This document shows positions 39,251-50,300 of a DNA stretch of 64,000 bases, in pieces. Within the stretch, counting starts at the first letter, position 1, and every line of letters begins with the position of its first letter. The DNA lies in IMG/VR virus record IMGVR_UViG_3300028914_000059, positions 1 through 64,000 of that record; one strand, given 5' to 3'. This DNA comes from a virus (lineage: Duplodnaviria; Caudoviricetes). A program made the position numbers and the translations under genes. Under the pieces are notes generated by a model. The model was not told where the DNA came from, ran no database searches, and worked only from the letters and a program-made list of their open reading frames with translations.

Positions 39251-41071
39251 CTACTTTCTTGTTATCTTCATATTAACACCTCCAGGGGAGGACTGCAACA
39301 CTGCTAATAAATTTTTTCTACAATCAGCCAGCTGATCAGTAGAACCCAAAATACCTATAGTGCCACGAGTGCCTTTAGAGTTTCCACTCTTCGGATGAAT
39401 AGATATACCCGTTCTTACGTTTCCAGTCAATTCTTCATCATAGATGTCACTGACAATGAACTTCCAGCTTTGAATTGAATCACCATTTTTTGCAGACATG
39501 GCTACAAGGTCTGTAACATCTGGCTCTGCTTCACATATTAACTGGCATTCTGTCTGTGGAAGACATGGCATGTAATTAAGTCCGCCATTGACATAATTAT
39601 ATGATCCTAGGACTGTGCCCGAACTATCCTTTATTGTCATTACGCCTTCAGCATATGGAACACCATTAATTTTACTTCTACTGAGTTCCTGGCAGATAAT
39701 CTGAGCATTAGGATCAGTTGGTAAAGTAAGATTTTCTGGCAACACGGAATTTATGGCTTCGCCAACGTCACCCATCATAAGGCTTATTGCCGATACTGGA
39801 TTGGTAGCCAAAGTGTTAAAGTTAGCAGCGGATAACTGGTCAGATAAAGCATTTAATTGAGCCGCTGGGGGTATGTCAGCAGCAGCCACACTATTAGCTA
39901 GATTGTTTAAACTGGCTCCTTCAGCCGTAGGTGTGGTACTTACAGAAGTAACTTCCACAGAGGCTGAGGGTGCTGTTGGAGCAGTAGCTCCCGGAGGTTC
40001 TTTTCTATCTGAGGTTAAAGCTTCTTTGTCTTCATTTTCAAATTTAACTTTAGTATATTGCACTGATGGCGTAGTTCCACTTCCTCTGGTATGCATTATA
40101 GTTCCACCGGCGTCCTTAATACTACCTCCGGCCTCACGTATAATACTACCGCCAGAGGTTTCTTTTATAGAAGCACCTTCAAGCTGAACATTACCACCAG
40201 CTTTTAGAATAAGATTTCCTGTAGTTTCCAGATCTATTTTAGGAGATGCCAATTTAACGCCATCGTTAGAGTTTACCTTAGTAGATCCTATGGTATTTAT
40301 AGTAAGCTCAGTGCATGTAAGTTCTACTTTACCGTCTGTCTTGACAGTCAGGCCCACTTTGTTGCTTATATTAAGTGAGAAGATACTTTCCTTATCTTCT
40401 AAAGTACCCATAGTGGCTTTGATGAAATTTTCCTTGTCATCCCTGTTTTTATAAAGAGTTACTGTTGTTGTAGAATTACCAGACTCGTCGTTATGGTTCA
40501 TATCTACACGACCAGCAGCATTTTCTATCAACATTCTAATACTATGCAGTCTTATCAGGTTTTCTATGTCTTCTAGAAGTACCTTGCAGTATTCGGCATT
40601 TTGAATAGCTATTCTATGAGAGTCCTTCTGCACCCCAATAAGATTACCCGCATCAGTGCTGAGCTGCATATCACCTTCACCCAGCTCTGGTTTCTTATTT
40701 TTAAATACAGAACCACTTTCATCTAAACCACTCTTGTCTAGCTGAGGTATAGTTCCTATTATAACCCATTTTCCAGTAGGTAATTTAGATACAACAACTG
40801 TAGAGTGTACTTCTGGTCTGTGAGAAAATCCAGCCCCTGTAGTACAGTTAAACCATGGAGAAGACCACAGGACTTCAGTAAGCTGACCTACTTTAGTAGA
40901 GGGTAATACAGTGCATGTATAATTATCCGGATCTACGTCTTCGACGGTTCCTGTAATAGTAGTTATATTTCTTAAATTATCAGTGTCAAGAGCATTAAGA
41001 TTATTCATAGGGCCCCAGACAGAGTTTTCCCTGGTATAACCAGTTAAAGAAAAAAAGGGATGACTAGTCAT
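39251..41071 (-). CDS. Baseplate central spike (gp5/gpV-like) with C-terminal L,D-transpeptidase-like domain
   Basis: N-terminal OB-fold pattern (GTVEDVDP...PEVHSTVVV), beta-repeat region, C-terminal IH...GTRGTIG. Confidence 0.7.
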   Translation of the reverse strand: MTSHPFFSLTGYTRENSVWGPMNNLNALDTDNLRNITTITGTVEDVDPDNYTCTVLPSTKVGQLTEVLWSSPWFNCTTGAGFSHRPEVHSTVVVSKLPTGKWVIIGTIPQLDKSGLDESGSVFKNKKPELGEGDMQLSTDAGNLIGVQKDSHRIAIQNAEYCKVLLEDIENLIRLHSIRMLIENAAGRVDMNHNDESGNSTTTVTLYKNRDDKENFIKATMGTLEDKESIFSLNISNKVGLTVKTDGKVELTCTELTINTIGSTKVNSNDGVKLASPKIDLETTGNLILKAGGNVQLEGASIKETSGGSIIREAGGSIKDAGGTIMHTRGSGTTPSVQYTKVKFENEDKEALTSDRKEPPGATAPTAPSASVEVTSVSTTPTAEGASLNNLANSVAAADIPPAAQLNALSDQLSAANFNTLATNPVSAISLMMGDVGEAINSVLPENLTLPTDPNAQIICQELSRSKINGVPYAEGVMTIKDSSGTVLGSYNYVNGGLNYMPCLPQTECQLICEAEPDVTDLVAMSAKNGDSIQSWKFIVSDIYDEELTGNVRTGISIHPKSGNSKGTRGTIGILGSTDQLADCRKNLLAVLQSSPGGVNMKITRK

Positions 41072-41825
41072 CTACATACTCCTCTCCGGGTTCTCCACCA
41101 TATTCATCCAGGTATGCTTCTTTAAATTTAGCTAGCCCGGAATTTTTTATCTGTCTGACACGTTCTTTAGTAACACCTAAAATATTGCCTATCCAATTTA
41201 GTGTTTTTGGGGCCGGCACCAGGAGTCCTAAAATATGGTCCAAAACAAAAAATTCTTCAGGCGTTACTGATTTTCTTAATAAGTCCAGATTCTGGTTGGA
41301 TGTGTCTGTACAGCTTTCGCTTAAGTCTGGAATACTATTATCGGAAGTGGTTTCCAGAGATTCTATCTGACAGCTTTGCTTTAAACCGGCCATAACATTT
41401 ACTATTCTATGTAATCTGGATTCGGTAACCCCCAGCTTTTCAGCTATAGCTCGCATTTTATTTTTCATTTTGCTATATTTAGGTGTATTAACTAAACGCA
41501 GATATTTAGTATAAACAAAATGATATTCTTCTGGGATTTTTACAACATGAGCGTGCTTAAATGCCAACCCATACATATAGGTTTTTATCCAATACTGAGC
41601 GTACGTATAGAAAGAGGCGAGCTTAGGATCAAATTTTTCCTGAGCACGTATAATACCTAAAAAGCCCTCCTGACAGAGGTCTTCATAGGGTATTTTAGAT
41701 ACTGATGTTAAGTATACGGCAAGCTTATTAATGTACCATTTCAGCTTGTCGTAATATTCTTCCATCTCTCTTGTCTTTGCAGACTGTCTCAAACCTAATT
41801 CTCTCCTTCTCAATATCCAGAACAT
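41064..41825 (-). CDS. sigma70-family RNA polymerase sigma factor (start may be 41765)
   Basis: Region 2 EDLCQEGFLG...KFDP...FYTYAQYWIK; region 4 TLNWIGNILGVTKERVRQI. Confidence 0.9.
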   Translation of the reverse strand: MFWILRRRELGLRQSAKTREMEEYYDKLKWYINKLAVYLTSVSKIPYEDLCQEGFLGIIRAQEKFDPKLASFYTYAQYWIKTYMYGLAFKHAHVVKIPEEYHFVYTKYLRLVNTPKYSKMKNKMRAIAEKLGVTESRLHRIVNVMAGLKQSCQIESLETTSDNSIPDLSESCTDTSNQNLDLLRKSVTPEEFFVLDHILGLLVPAPKTLNWIGNILGVTKERVRQIKNSGLAKFKEAYLDEYGGEPGEEYVDD

Positions 41826-41985
41826 TAAGTATAAACAGCATAAAATCTGCCAAGGATTCTTTAGTGTCCACCGGCTCGTCTGAGGCGGCTATTATTCGCA
41901 TAATATGCTTGGTAATATCCTCCATGCTACTTACCAGTTTCTTTTTATCAGTATCGGTTGCAAGTCTCTGAGTTAACTGTATCAT
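41728..41985 (-). CDS. Hypothetical protein
   Basis: Coupled ORF. Confidence 0.55.
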   Translation of the reverse strand: MIQLTQRLATDTDKKKLVSSMEDITKHIMRIIAASDEPVDTKESLADFMLFILNVLDIEKERIRFETVCKDKRDGRILRQAEMVH

Positions 41986-43181
41986 ACTTCACTCCCGTTG
42001 TCACTATCAGAGTTTAAAAATTTAGAAGCTAACGCAACGCTTAATAATGGTGCCGCAGCACCAATCAAAGGTAGAGAGTTTCTACCTATAAAGCCAAGAG
42101 ATTTTGTTAAAGGATTAACTTTACCCTGTAATTGAGCGAGTGATTTTATACCACCCTTATTTACTTTATCCCAGAAATTATAAGTGAGCTTTGTGCCTGG
42201 AATCATGGTGTAAGCTTCATGCAATAATGCTGGGGCACTAGCAGCAGCCATTACAGCGACAGGATGATCCGCTATAAAATCCATTACATTATCTGTAGCT
42301 TCTGTTGGTATTGCTGCTCTGACAGTATTTCTAGTAGTTGGAGTCATTGTCAGTAATGCACCTGCGGTAACTAAAGGAGGAGCAGAAAATAACACATTAC
42401 GTAATAAATTTTTTATATTAGGACTTATCTTTAAATTATCAAATTTTGCACTTAAAGTTTTTAACCCTGGAGTTTTTCTCATGAATGTGTCAGTACTTCC
42501 GCCAAGAAGATCCCATAAATCTGCAGCTTTCTGTTTTGCTTTATTTAATACGCCTGAAGATGCTGGGGCATGTAAAAGATCTTCTCCATAAATATGTCCT
42601 ACCTCGTGTGCCAGGGTAGATAAATTGTTTCTTGGGGAAACAATCATATGGGTGTTGTTTTCTAGATCACGAGCTAAATTTTCAACAGAACTTAATGCTA
42701 ATAATGGGTTTTTATTTAATTTATCAGCGGGTATCTTTCCAGTCAATTCCTTAGTAAGTACATATTTCAACTGCTCTGCCGGATACCTTGCACCATTTTT
42801 GCCTATACGTTCAAGCACTCCTTCAGGCGTACGTTTCATAGACTGAACAAAGGCTGGAGGAGGTACTATAAAATCAATCAGTTTATTACCTCCAGAAAGT
42901 TCGCTTGCAGTTCTTGGAGTAGATTGCAGATATAATATATCTGGTTTAGATTTTAATTTTTTTGCCTGTTCTATAGCAAAGTCTGCAAAAGCTTCTCCCG
43001 TTGGTACGGTTTGCTGTTCCGCAGCATTAAGCAAGTGAGAAATACCATTAGCTGTGGTACCTATTAAATTATTAAGTCCTGCAGCACCTCCCAAAGCCAA
43101 AATATTAGTCAAAGGAGAACGTTCATCTTTCTCCATATAATCAGATGCAAGCTTTATAGCATAATTATTAATATCCATCAT
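41982..43181 (-). CDS. Putative virion zinc metallopeptidase with hydrophobic segments
   Basis: LAHEVGH motif, downstream LLHEA, N-terminal IKLAS. Confidence 0.55.
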   Translation of the reverse strand: MMDINNYAIKLASDYMEKDERSPLTNILALGGAAGLNNLIGTTANGISHLLNAAEQQTVPTGEAFADFAIEQAKKLKSKPDILYLQSTPRTASELSGGNKLIDFIVPPPAFVQSMKRTPEGVLERIGKNGARYPAEQLKYVLTKELTGKIPADKLNKNPLLALSSVENLARDLENNTHMIVSPRNNLSTLAHEVGHIYGEDLLHAPASSGVLNKAKQKAADLWDLLGGSTDTFMRKTPGLKTLSAKFDNLKISPNIKNLLRNVLFSAPPLVTAGALLTMTPTTRNTVRAAIPTEATDNVMDFIADHPVAVMAAASAPALLHEAYTMIPGTKLTYNFWDKVNKGGIKSLAQLQGKVNPLTKSLGFIGRNSLPLIGAAAPLLSVALASKFLNSDSDNGSEV

Positions 43182-43444
43182 TCTATTTTAAAACCTATGG
43201 CGGGAGACAATTCTTCCGAATTTTCTGTACTGGATTTATCGCTGGTATCGGCTATGGCGTAAGTATCCATCTGTTGTTCTATAAAGTCCAGGCCAATATC
43301 CATAAGGTACAGTAGCTGCTGAGATACGGTCCTTCGTTCAGTTTTTGCCATCTTAGCTATCTTACGATATAGCCTGTCTGAAAGCATTACCATTAACTTT
43401 TTTGGGGGTTTTACCGTAGGTACTTTCATTTTCTTTTTTGGCAT
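43178..43444 (-). CDS. Ribbon-helix-helix (Arc-like) DNA-binding protein
   Basis: KLMVMLSDRLYRKIAKMAKTERRTVSQQLLYLM. Confidence 0.7.
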   Translation of the reverse strand: MPKKKMKVPTVKPPKKLMVMLSDRLYRKIAKMAKTERRTVSQQLLYLMDIGLDFIEQQMDTYAIADTSDKSSTENSEELSPAIGFKIE

Positions 43445-43447
43445 AAC

Positions 43448-43508
43448 AAAACCCCCTTGAAGTAATAGTATATATTATATTACTACTTCAAGAGGGCTTA
43501 TTTGTCAA
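43448..43508 (-). promoter_or_regulatory. Long inverted repeat overlapping a TTGACA promoter and the SD of the RHH gene
   Basis: 17-bp arms 43456-43472 and 43476-43492 (15/17 match), extendable to ~25 bp as RNA; TTGACA at 43503-43508. Confidence 0.65.
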
Positions 43509-43513
43509 TAGTA

Positions 43514-43903
43514 TTAGAAGAATCTACTATTTCTAAAGCGTCTAGCTATATCCATTGACAATCCTGCCTGGCCACCTAACATACCGCCAAGCATGAGTCC
43601 ACCGAGAGCGCCACCTATGGCCCCCATAGTTTTTCCATGCGGATTCCTATACCACGGGACCGGCTCTTGACCTTCATATGCTGGAGTAGGCTTCAGGTCT
43701 AATCCGCTAGCTGTCAGCCCATTATCGTACATATCTTCTGGAGAACCTAATTTATGCCCCAGCCACCCTAATCCGGCTGCACCTAGGCCGGCGCCCAGCA
43801 AACCTAACGTTGGGGCAGCTCTAAAAGCAGCCAGTTTATAATTAACCGCATTATTTATATCACTAGCTAATTGTTGAGTTACTTGTTCTGCAAATTTTTC
43901 CAT
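43514..43903 (-). CDS. Glycine-zipper putative internal protein with MEKFAEQ leader
   Basis: Leader nearly identical to that of 43956..44345. Confidence 0.7.
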   Translation of the reverse strand: MEKFAEQVTQQLASDINNAVNYKLAAFRAAPTLGLLGAGLGAAGLGWLGHKLGSPEDMYDNGLTASGLDLKPTPAYEGQEPVPWYRNPHGKTMGAIGGALGGLMLGGMLGGQAGLSMDIARRFRNSRFF

Positions 43904-43955
43904 ATGTATATATTATTTCCTCCGATTATAAAAATTAAAAATCGTACTAAAATAT

Positions 43956-44345
43956 TTAACTGAAGCTTTTACGCACATTGTCAGCCACAGAGTCAATATA
44001 GTCTTGAGTTTTTGCAAAATTATATCCATTGATGCCTTCATGTATACCGCCAGATATACTGCCAATACCAGCTCCTATTCCAGCCCCTGTTTTAGCTCCT
44101 TTTAGTATAGCCTTACGATAAGTATCCCAGGTCTGCTGACTGTTGGCTAAATTTCGTACAGCTCCTATGCCACCACCAATTAGACCACCTCTAATTAAAC
44201 CATCCACACCGCCACCAATAGCTCCACCAATACCACTGAGTAGTCCATTAAGTGCTGGATTTAATGCTCCAGCTAATTTATAGTTGGCTGCTTCTGCGAT
44301 GTCATTAGCTAGTTGCTGAGTTACCTGTTCTGCAAATTTTTCCAT
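43956..44345 (-). CDS. Glycine-zipper putative internal protein with MEKFAEQ leader
   Basis: Leader nearly identical to that of 43514..43903. Confidence 0.7.
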   Translation of the reverse strand: MEKFAEQVTQQLANDIAEAANYKLAGALNPALNGLLSGIGGAIGGGVDGLIRGGLIGGGIGAVRNLANSQQTWDTYRKAILKGAKTGAGIGAGIGSISGGIHEGINGYNFAKTQDYIDSVADNVRKSFS

Positions 44346-44346
44346 A

Positions 44347-47300
44347 TTAATATTTCCCTTTCTCGCTCTTATTAAATTCCGGACCCATTACATAAGATGT
44401 TACCGGGTGGTAAGAATGTAATGGTGCTGCTGCTCCGGTCTGTACTCCGGAAGTAATGCCTTGTTCTATATAGTTGGTGCTCATGTTGGCAACCCAGTCA
44501 CGACCCATTCTAGCCAGCAGGTTCATACCTACCAGAGAAGGTGTATGTTTGATCGGGGTGCTTTCTACAGTGACGGTATTGATTCTAAGGTTTCTTAATA
44601 CCTTGATCATTTCCCTATCAACTGTTGCACCAGCCTTATAGGGACCTGCACCCACAGCGAGCTTGGCTCCAAGAGCCATGTCGAGATCCAGTTCGTTCTG
44701 ACGATGCAAGTTCCAGCTCCTTACTTCGGACAGAGGCACCTGCTCACCTGCCACATAGTAAGGATGATTTCCAGGATCCTTGATAGTAGTAAGGTTAGTA
44801 GTACTTCTTACTACTGTTTCGAGGAGTTTCCTGTTCATTTCCTTGCCCATACCCTTAAGAGTATCCTGCATAGAATCTACCAGATATTTCTGAGTAGCTT
44901 CCATACCTTTCAGCTCTAAGAGTTCCTGGGGTTTGACAGGGCCGTCAGTAAGAGCGTCGCCCTTATGAACTGTATCTCCTACTTTATATTTAATAATATT
45001 TCTAGGTCCTGTCAAATGTCGCTCACCTGCTATAAAAATATTCTTACCACCAGCGGGGTTGTCTTCTATTCTTTCTATTTTGCCGTCTTCCTTAGCTAAT
45101 GTTGCCTTATCCTTTAAATAGTCTGGGACAAGGGTCAACTGCTGCATACGTTTAAGACCGCCGGAAACAGAGGCACCTGCACCAAGAACGGCACCGCTGT
45201 GGAAAGCTTTCATGGATCCCTGTGTCATTGGTTCGGATAAGAAAGTTCCAGCAAGGGCCCCAACATTATCACCTATTTGGGCAGCTTTGCCATTTTCTCT
45301 TAATCCAAAACATTTAGAGCAGGTTCCTTCTTTACAGTTACACATCAACGGAGATCTGAGCTTGATTGTCTTGGCTCCAGACTTTAATCTTCTGGTGTAT
45401 TCAGCCTCATCTATAAGAATATTAGTGCCAGCTTCATATCTGCCAACAATATCATTCTTCTTTTCTAATTCTATCACAACGCCTTCCTTAGTACCACAAT
45501 CTTCTTCAGAAATAACATTATTAATAGTAGCAGAAAGCACTTGCTTAGCAAAGTAACCAGGTTCTGCTGTTTCAAGTCTTTTCTGGATCATACCTGTTCT
45601 AGCACCGTAGGAAGTTGCCCAGTACTCTGAAACTGGGAGACCTTCAGCATAGGATTTGGTTGTAATAACTGGGAAAGCCTTTCCACTAACATCAGATACA
45701 GCAAACGGAGTACTTATTAACTGTTTATATTGGTCAAATGATGGTTTACCATTAGCATTCATGAGCTGCGATAAAGATGTTTCCGGATGCTTAGCTATAT
45801 AGTCTTTAACAGTGGCATCGAATCTGGGCAGTTGGGCCGCTATAATTCTACGCTTGTCATCGTCAGTTTTAGCTTTCTGCATCATTTTCTGGGTTTCAGC
45901 CACCAGCTTATCACGATGGTCATAGTCTGGTTCAAGATCATCCAAACCCAGAGAAATAGATGAATATATATCATATTTAGCTGACAGTTTACTTAACTGG
46001 TCCATGGTTTTATTAAACTGTTCCGGGCCAGTCTTACTAAGATTTTTAAGGAAACCACCCATCGTTTTCTTACTTAGTCCCGCCTCTGGAATTTTAACAG
46101 ATTCCGGAAGAACCTGGCCAACCAGTTCTTTACCGATAGTAGTTTTTTTGCCAGCAATAGTAATAGTATCATACATTTCAATTTCTTTGGTTTTATATTT
46201 CTTCAGAGCATCTTCCACACTACCGAAGCTATACTTCTGGCTCAAGTCCTTACCGCTTCTGGTCATATAGAACATACCAGTCATAATATCGTGGCTTGGT
46301 TTTAACATAATACTGCCATCAGCGGCATGTTCCAGACACTTAGATGGGGTGAATTGTTTAGCTTCTTCAACCGCTTTGTGGCTGACTGGAACGTAGATAC
46401 CCATTGTGTCGCCGTCGAAGTCTGCATTAAATCCGCCGCAGACGGTGGGATGAACCCCGATGCTCTTCCCATTATAAAGTCTTGGCTGGAATGCCATAAT
46501 ACCAAATTTGTGTAATGTCGGAGCTCGGTTCAACCATACAGGTCTTTCCTTACTTACCTTTTCCAGAGCCATGCCAGCAATAGGATCTTTCTTCTCAACC
46601 ATTACCTTAGCATCCAAAGGTTTGTAACCCATACTGACAAGTTCTTTGATTGCAAATGGCTGATAAAGGTTCCAGGCCATATCCCTAGGAAGAAGTATTT
46701 CATCCGGACTCATATCAGTAGAAGGTGTAATAGTAGAAGAACCGGAAAGGTCCTGATTCTTACTGAATACTACTGATTGGAAGAAACCGGTCTTTGGCTG
46801 ATCACCTTTAATAAGGTCTATAGCACCTATGATCTTCTTTTCTCCACGCTGAACAAGTGGGTCACCCAAGCCCTGAATAGCCTTAACTGACTGATACAGG
46901 TCTTTGCGCAAATCACTCTTGCTGGAGTCGTCTAAAAAACTCAAGTCTTTAAGCTGCTTATTAACCATTATCATATCACGATAAAGGAAGTTAATAGGTG
47001 CTGTATTCAATGAACCATTTGGCATTGGATACATGGGTCTGAACTGTGGAGGCAGAATAGGAACATTATGTATCATATAAGCATCTGCGGGTTTAAGGTC
47101 ATTCTGATTCAAAGCACGAAGAAATCTCATTTTCTTATTTGCCTTATCGAGTCCCTGACCTTTAAGGTGTTTTGCAGATTCCTTTAAGCTGTTCAATTCT
47201 TTCTGAACATCAATATTAGATAACATGGTTTCCAAGGCTTTACCTGCGGTAAGTCCTGTATCAGTTTTAGTCAACTGTTTGGACTTATTATCCCAGTAGA

Positions 47301-50300
47301 GTTTCCCGGCATTTATATCATTCAGCTGAGACTGTGTAAGGTCTAATACAGACAGTGCTGCATTTTCCATTACAGGATTAAGCAACGGTTCTGCCAGATG
47401 AACGTGTGTCCACTTAGTCCCACGCAGGCCACCAGTTTTATTATCATCGAACAAACCGTCTCTTACAGGTCTCATATTTTTAGATACAACTACACGAGCA
47501 TCATCTATTTCACCATTGGAACGAGCCAATACTTCATTATCTGTAAATGGGAGGAGTCTTAATTTGTTACCTTCCTTTTTCACATTGACACCACCAGCAG
47601 CCATATAGCCCATAAGTTTATCAAAAACAAACGGGGTCTTAGGTGCTGGAAGTGGGAGACCCATTTCTACGTTACGCCAGAGTTCTGGATTCTTCTCAGC
47701 TTTGTAGTTAGTCATTTCATACAGGTTCTCTCTGGCACCGTGAGCAACCAAATTCTGGAAAGTGAGTCTGTCCAAGGCACGGGCAGAAGTATGACCACCC
47801 TTAGTTGGTTGTAAATCTATGTCATAGCCTTCATTAATGCCTCTAGCGTTGATTTTCTTGTCAACCTGGTGCATCAATTTCATATAATAGCTATCACCAA
47901 CCATTACTTTCCCAAGACTCTGGCCATTTGTCGGGTCTATAAGCTCTTCCTTGTCTGTGAGCCCCTGTTCTTTTAAGAGACTTTTCAATTCTTTAACTGT
48001 ATTGTGTTCACCGAAATTTTCAATCTTCATTGGCTTGCCACGTTTAAGAGCAAGCTTACCAGCAGCAGCTTCGAATATTTGCGAAGGATTAATACGACCA
48101 GGAATGGCTGATGGCGATACAGCTACATCTATACGTTCTCCGGCTTTGTTTACCGGCATTTCGTTATCTGGGATAACTGCTGAGATAATACCCTTGGCAC
48201 CATGGCGGTTTACTATCTTGTCACCTATCTGTGCTGGCTCTTCTGTCCTTACAAAAACCTTGATACCTTTGTCATCTTTGTAAACGTCTGTTACTGTTCC
48301 GACAACATTTTTATCCCATATCTGAGCATCATTTCTAAAGCCCTTTACAAGCTTCTTGCTGAGTTTACCAAGTTTGGCATCTTCTTCAGAAGCTTCTACT
48401 TTCTGTAGATGAGCAATTAATACATCACCTGGCTCTACTTTCTGCCCTACTCTGATTACACCACTCTCATCAAGCTTGTCCAGGGACTTTGCGTTAGCTG
48501 CTGTTGGGTAATGAGCTATAAAGGATTTCTTATCCATCAAGTCATCCTGACTTATCTGGACAGCAGTTTCTCTAAGATGTTCAGAAGTAAGTTTCTTAGC
48601 AGCACTTTCACTTATAGTGTAGCCGTCTTCAAAAGTAGTATCTCTAAAAGGTAAATAACCTATTCTGAGATTTGTTCCTATAGCAAGTGTGCCGTCTTTA
48701 GTAAATGAAGTGTCAGCAAGTGTCTGCCCGACAGTTACCTTGTCGCCTTTTTTAACTAAAGCGTTAGAGTCGACAAAGCTTTTATTATTGAGAGGAAAGT
48801 TATTATAAAGATTATAGGTTTTCTTCTGACCGTTATCACCCTTAATAGTAATATGATCTCTGTCCACACTCTCTACAGTACCATCAAGGTCAGATACAGT
48901 AGCAAACATACCACCTACAAAATGTTCAAAGGTATTACCTGTTGGCATCTTAGTCTGAACCAAAGGCTGTTCCCTATACTTTAAAGGAATAGCCTGTGCA
49001 AACATTTTGTTAGCCATAAATGCACGGTTACCCTGTATGTTGGCAGCAAAAGGAACCATATTAGAGATGTAGCCGAACATCTGTTTTGGAGAGTTCATGA
49101 CGACATCTACTTCATTGGGTTTAACTTCTGTAATTTTACCAGAACGCATTACCATTACTCTGTCTTTATGAATAGGCTTGCCGTCCTTGTCGTACTGGTC
49201 TGGGAAAGCCATTGTCTTATCAAAAATATCAGATATCTTCTGATAGGAAGTTTTACCTGTTTTAAGATCTTTAACAACTGTTTCCAGTTCTTTACCATCT
49301 AAGCCTGCGCCTAAAGCCAAGTGTAAGTTAAGACCTATTCTTTCACTTTCGGGGGTAGCTACAGGGTCAAGAACACCGGCATGGCTGGCGTTAACATCAC
49401 GCATACTTTCTGTAACGGCATTCATATCACCAATAGCACCTTCACCGAGGCTGGTTACCTTTGTTGCTTCAGCAAGTATAGTAGTTGGATTTTCCTGTTC
49501 AGCAGCGTGCGCTACAGTTCCTTGAACAAAGAACTGACGGACAGGTTTATTCAACATATCCTTACTGACTATCTCAGTAACCTTGTCTCGCTTATCCATA
49601 ACACGCTTGATGTCGTTGATTACTTTACGCTGTGAGGACTCTATACGGGCCTGAACAAGGTCTGGGGTATCATAGACATTCTTGAACACAAGACTGTCTC
49701 TATCATCAGCCTCAGCAGTACCTCTACTGACATCTAGAAGTCTCTTACTGGTAAGCAAAAGAGTTTCAGGTTCTACTTTATCGAATCCCTTACCTAAAGT
49801 TCTTTTAGTAGTTTCAGCAGATAGAATAGTTTTATCAAAAAAATCCTTTATCTCTACCTGTGCCTGGGCGTTACTCGGGGCTTCCTTCTGGAAAATGGAT
49901 TTATAGATTTTACCTATATCAGAATCAGCATTTTTACCACCCTTACTCTGATTAATAAGAAACAGCTTGTCTCCCCACATCTTCTTCATGTCGGAGTCAT
50001 TAACACCCAATGTTTTTAATAGTGGATACAGTGGTGGGTTGGCAGTTCCTATCTTAAGTTTGAATACACCATCCTCAGGATTCATCCAGAGCTTAAATCC
50101 GCGGCCACCGCCTCTGGCCAGGTTGAACTGGGATTCTAATTCCCCGTTCTCTTTTTCACGAGTATATATCCCTGGCTTCATACGAAGCTGCTTATCTACA
50201 GTATATTCGTTACCACCTAAAATATATGAATATCTATCTGTCATGACAGGTACGTCCATGATACGAAAGTTTTTCTTTACATCTATTACATCACCTGTCT

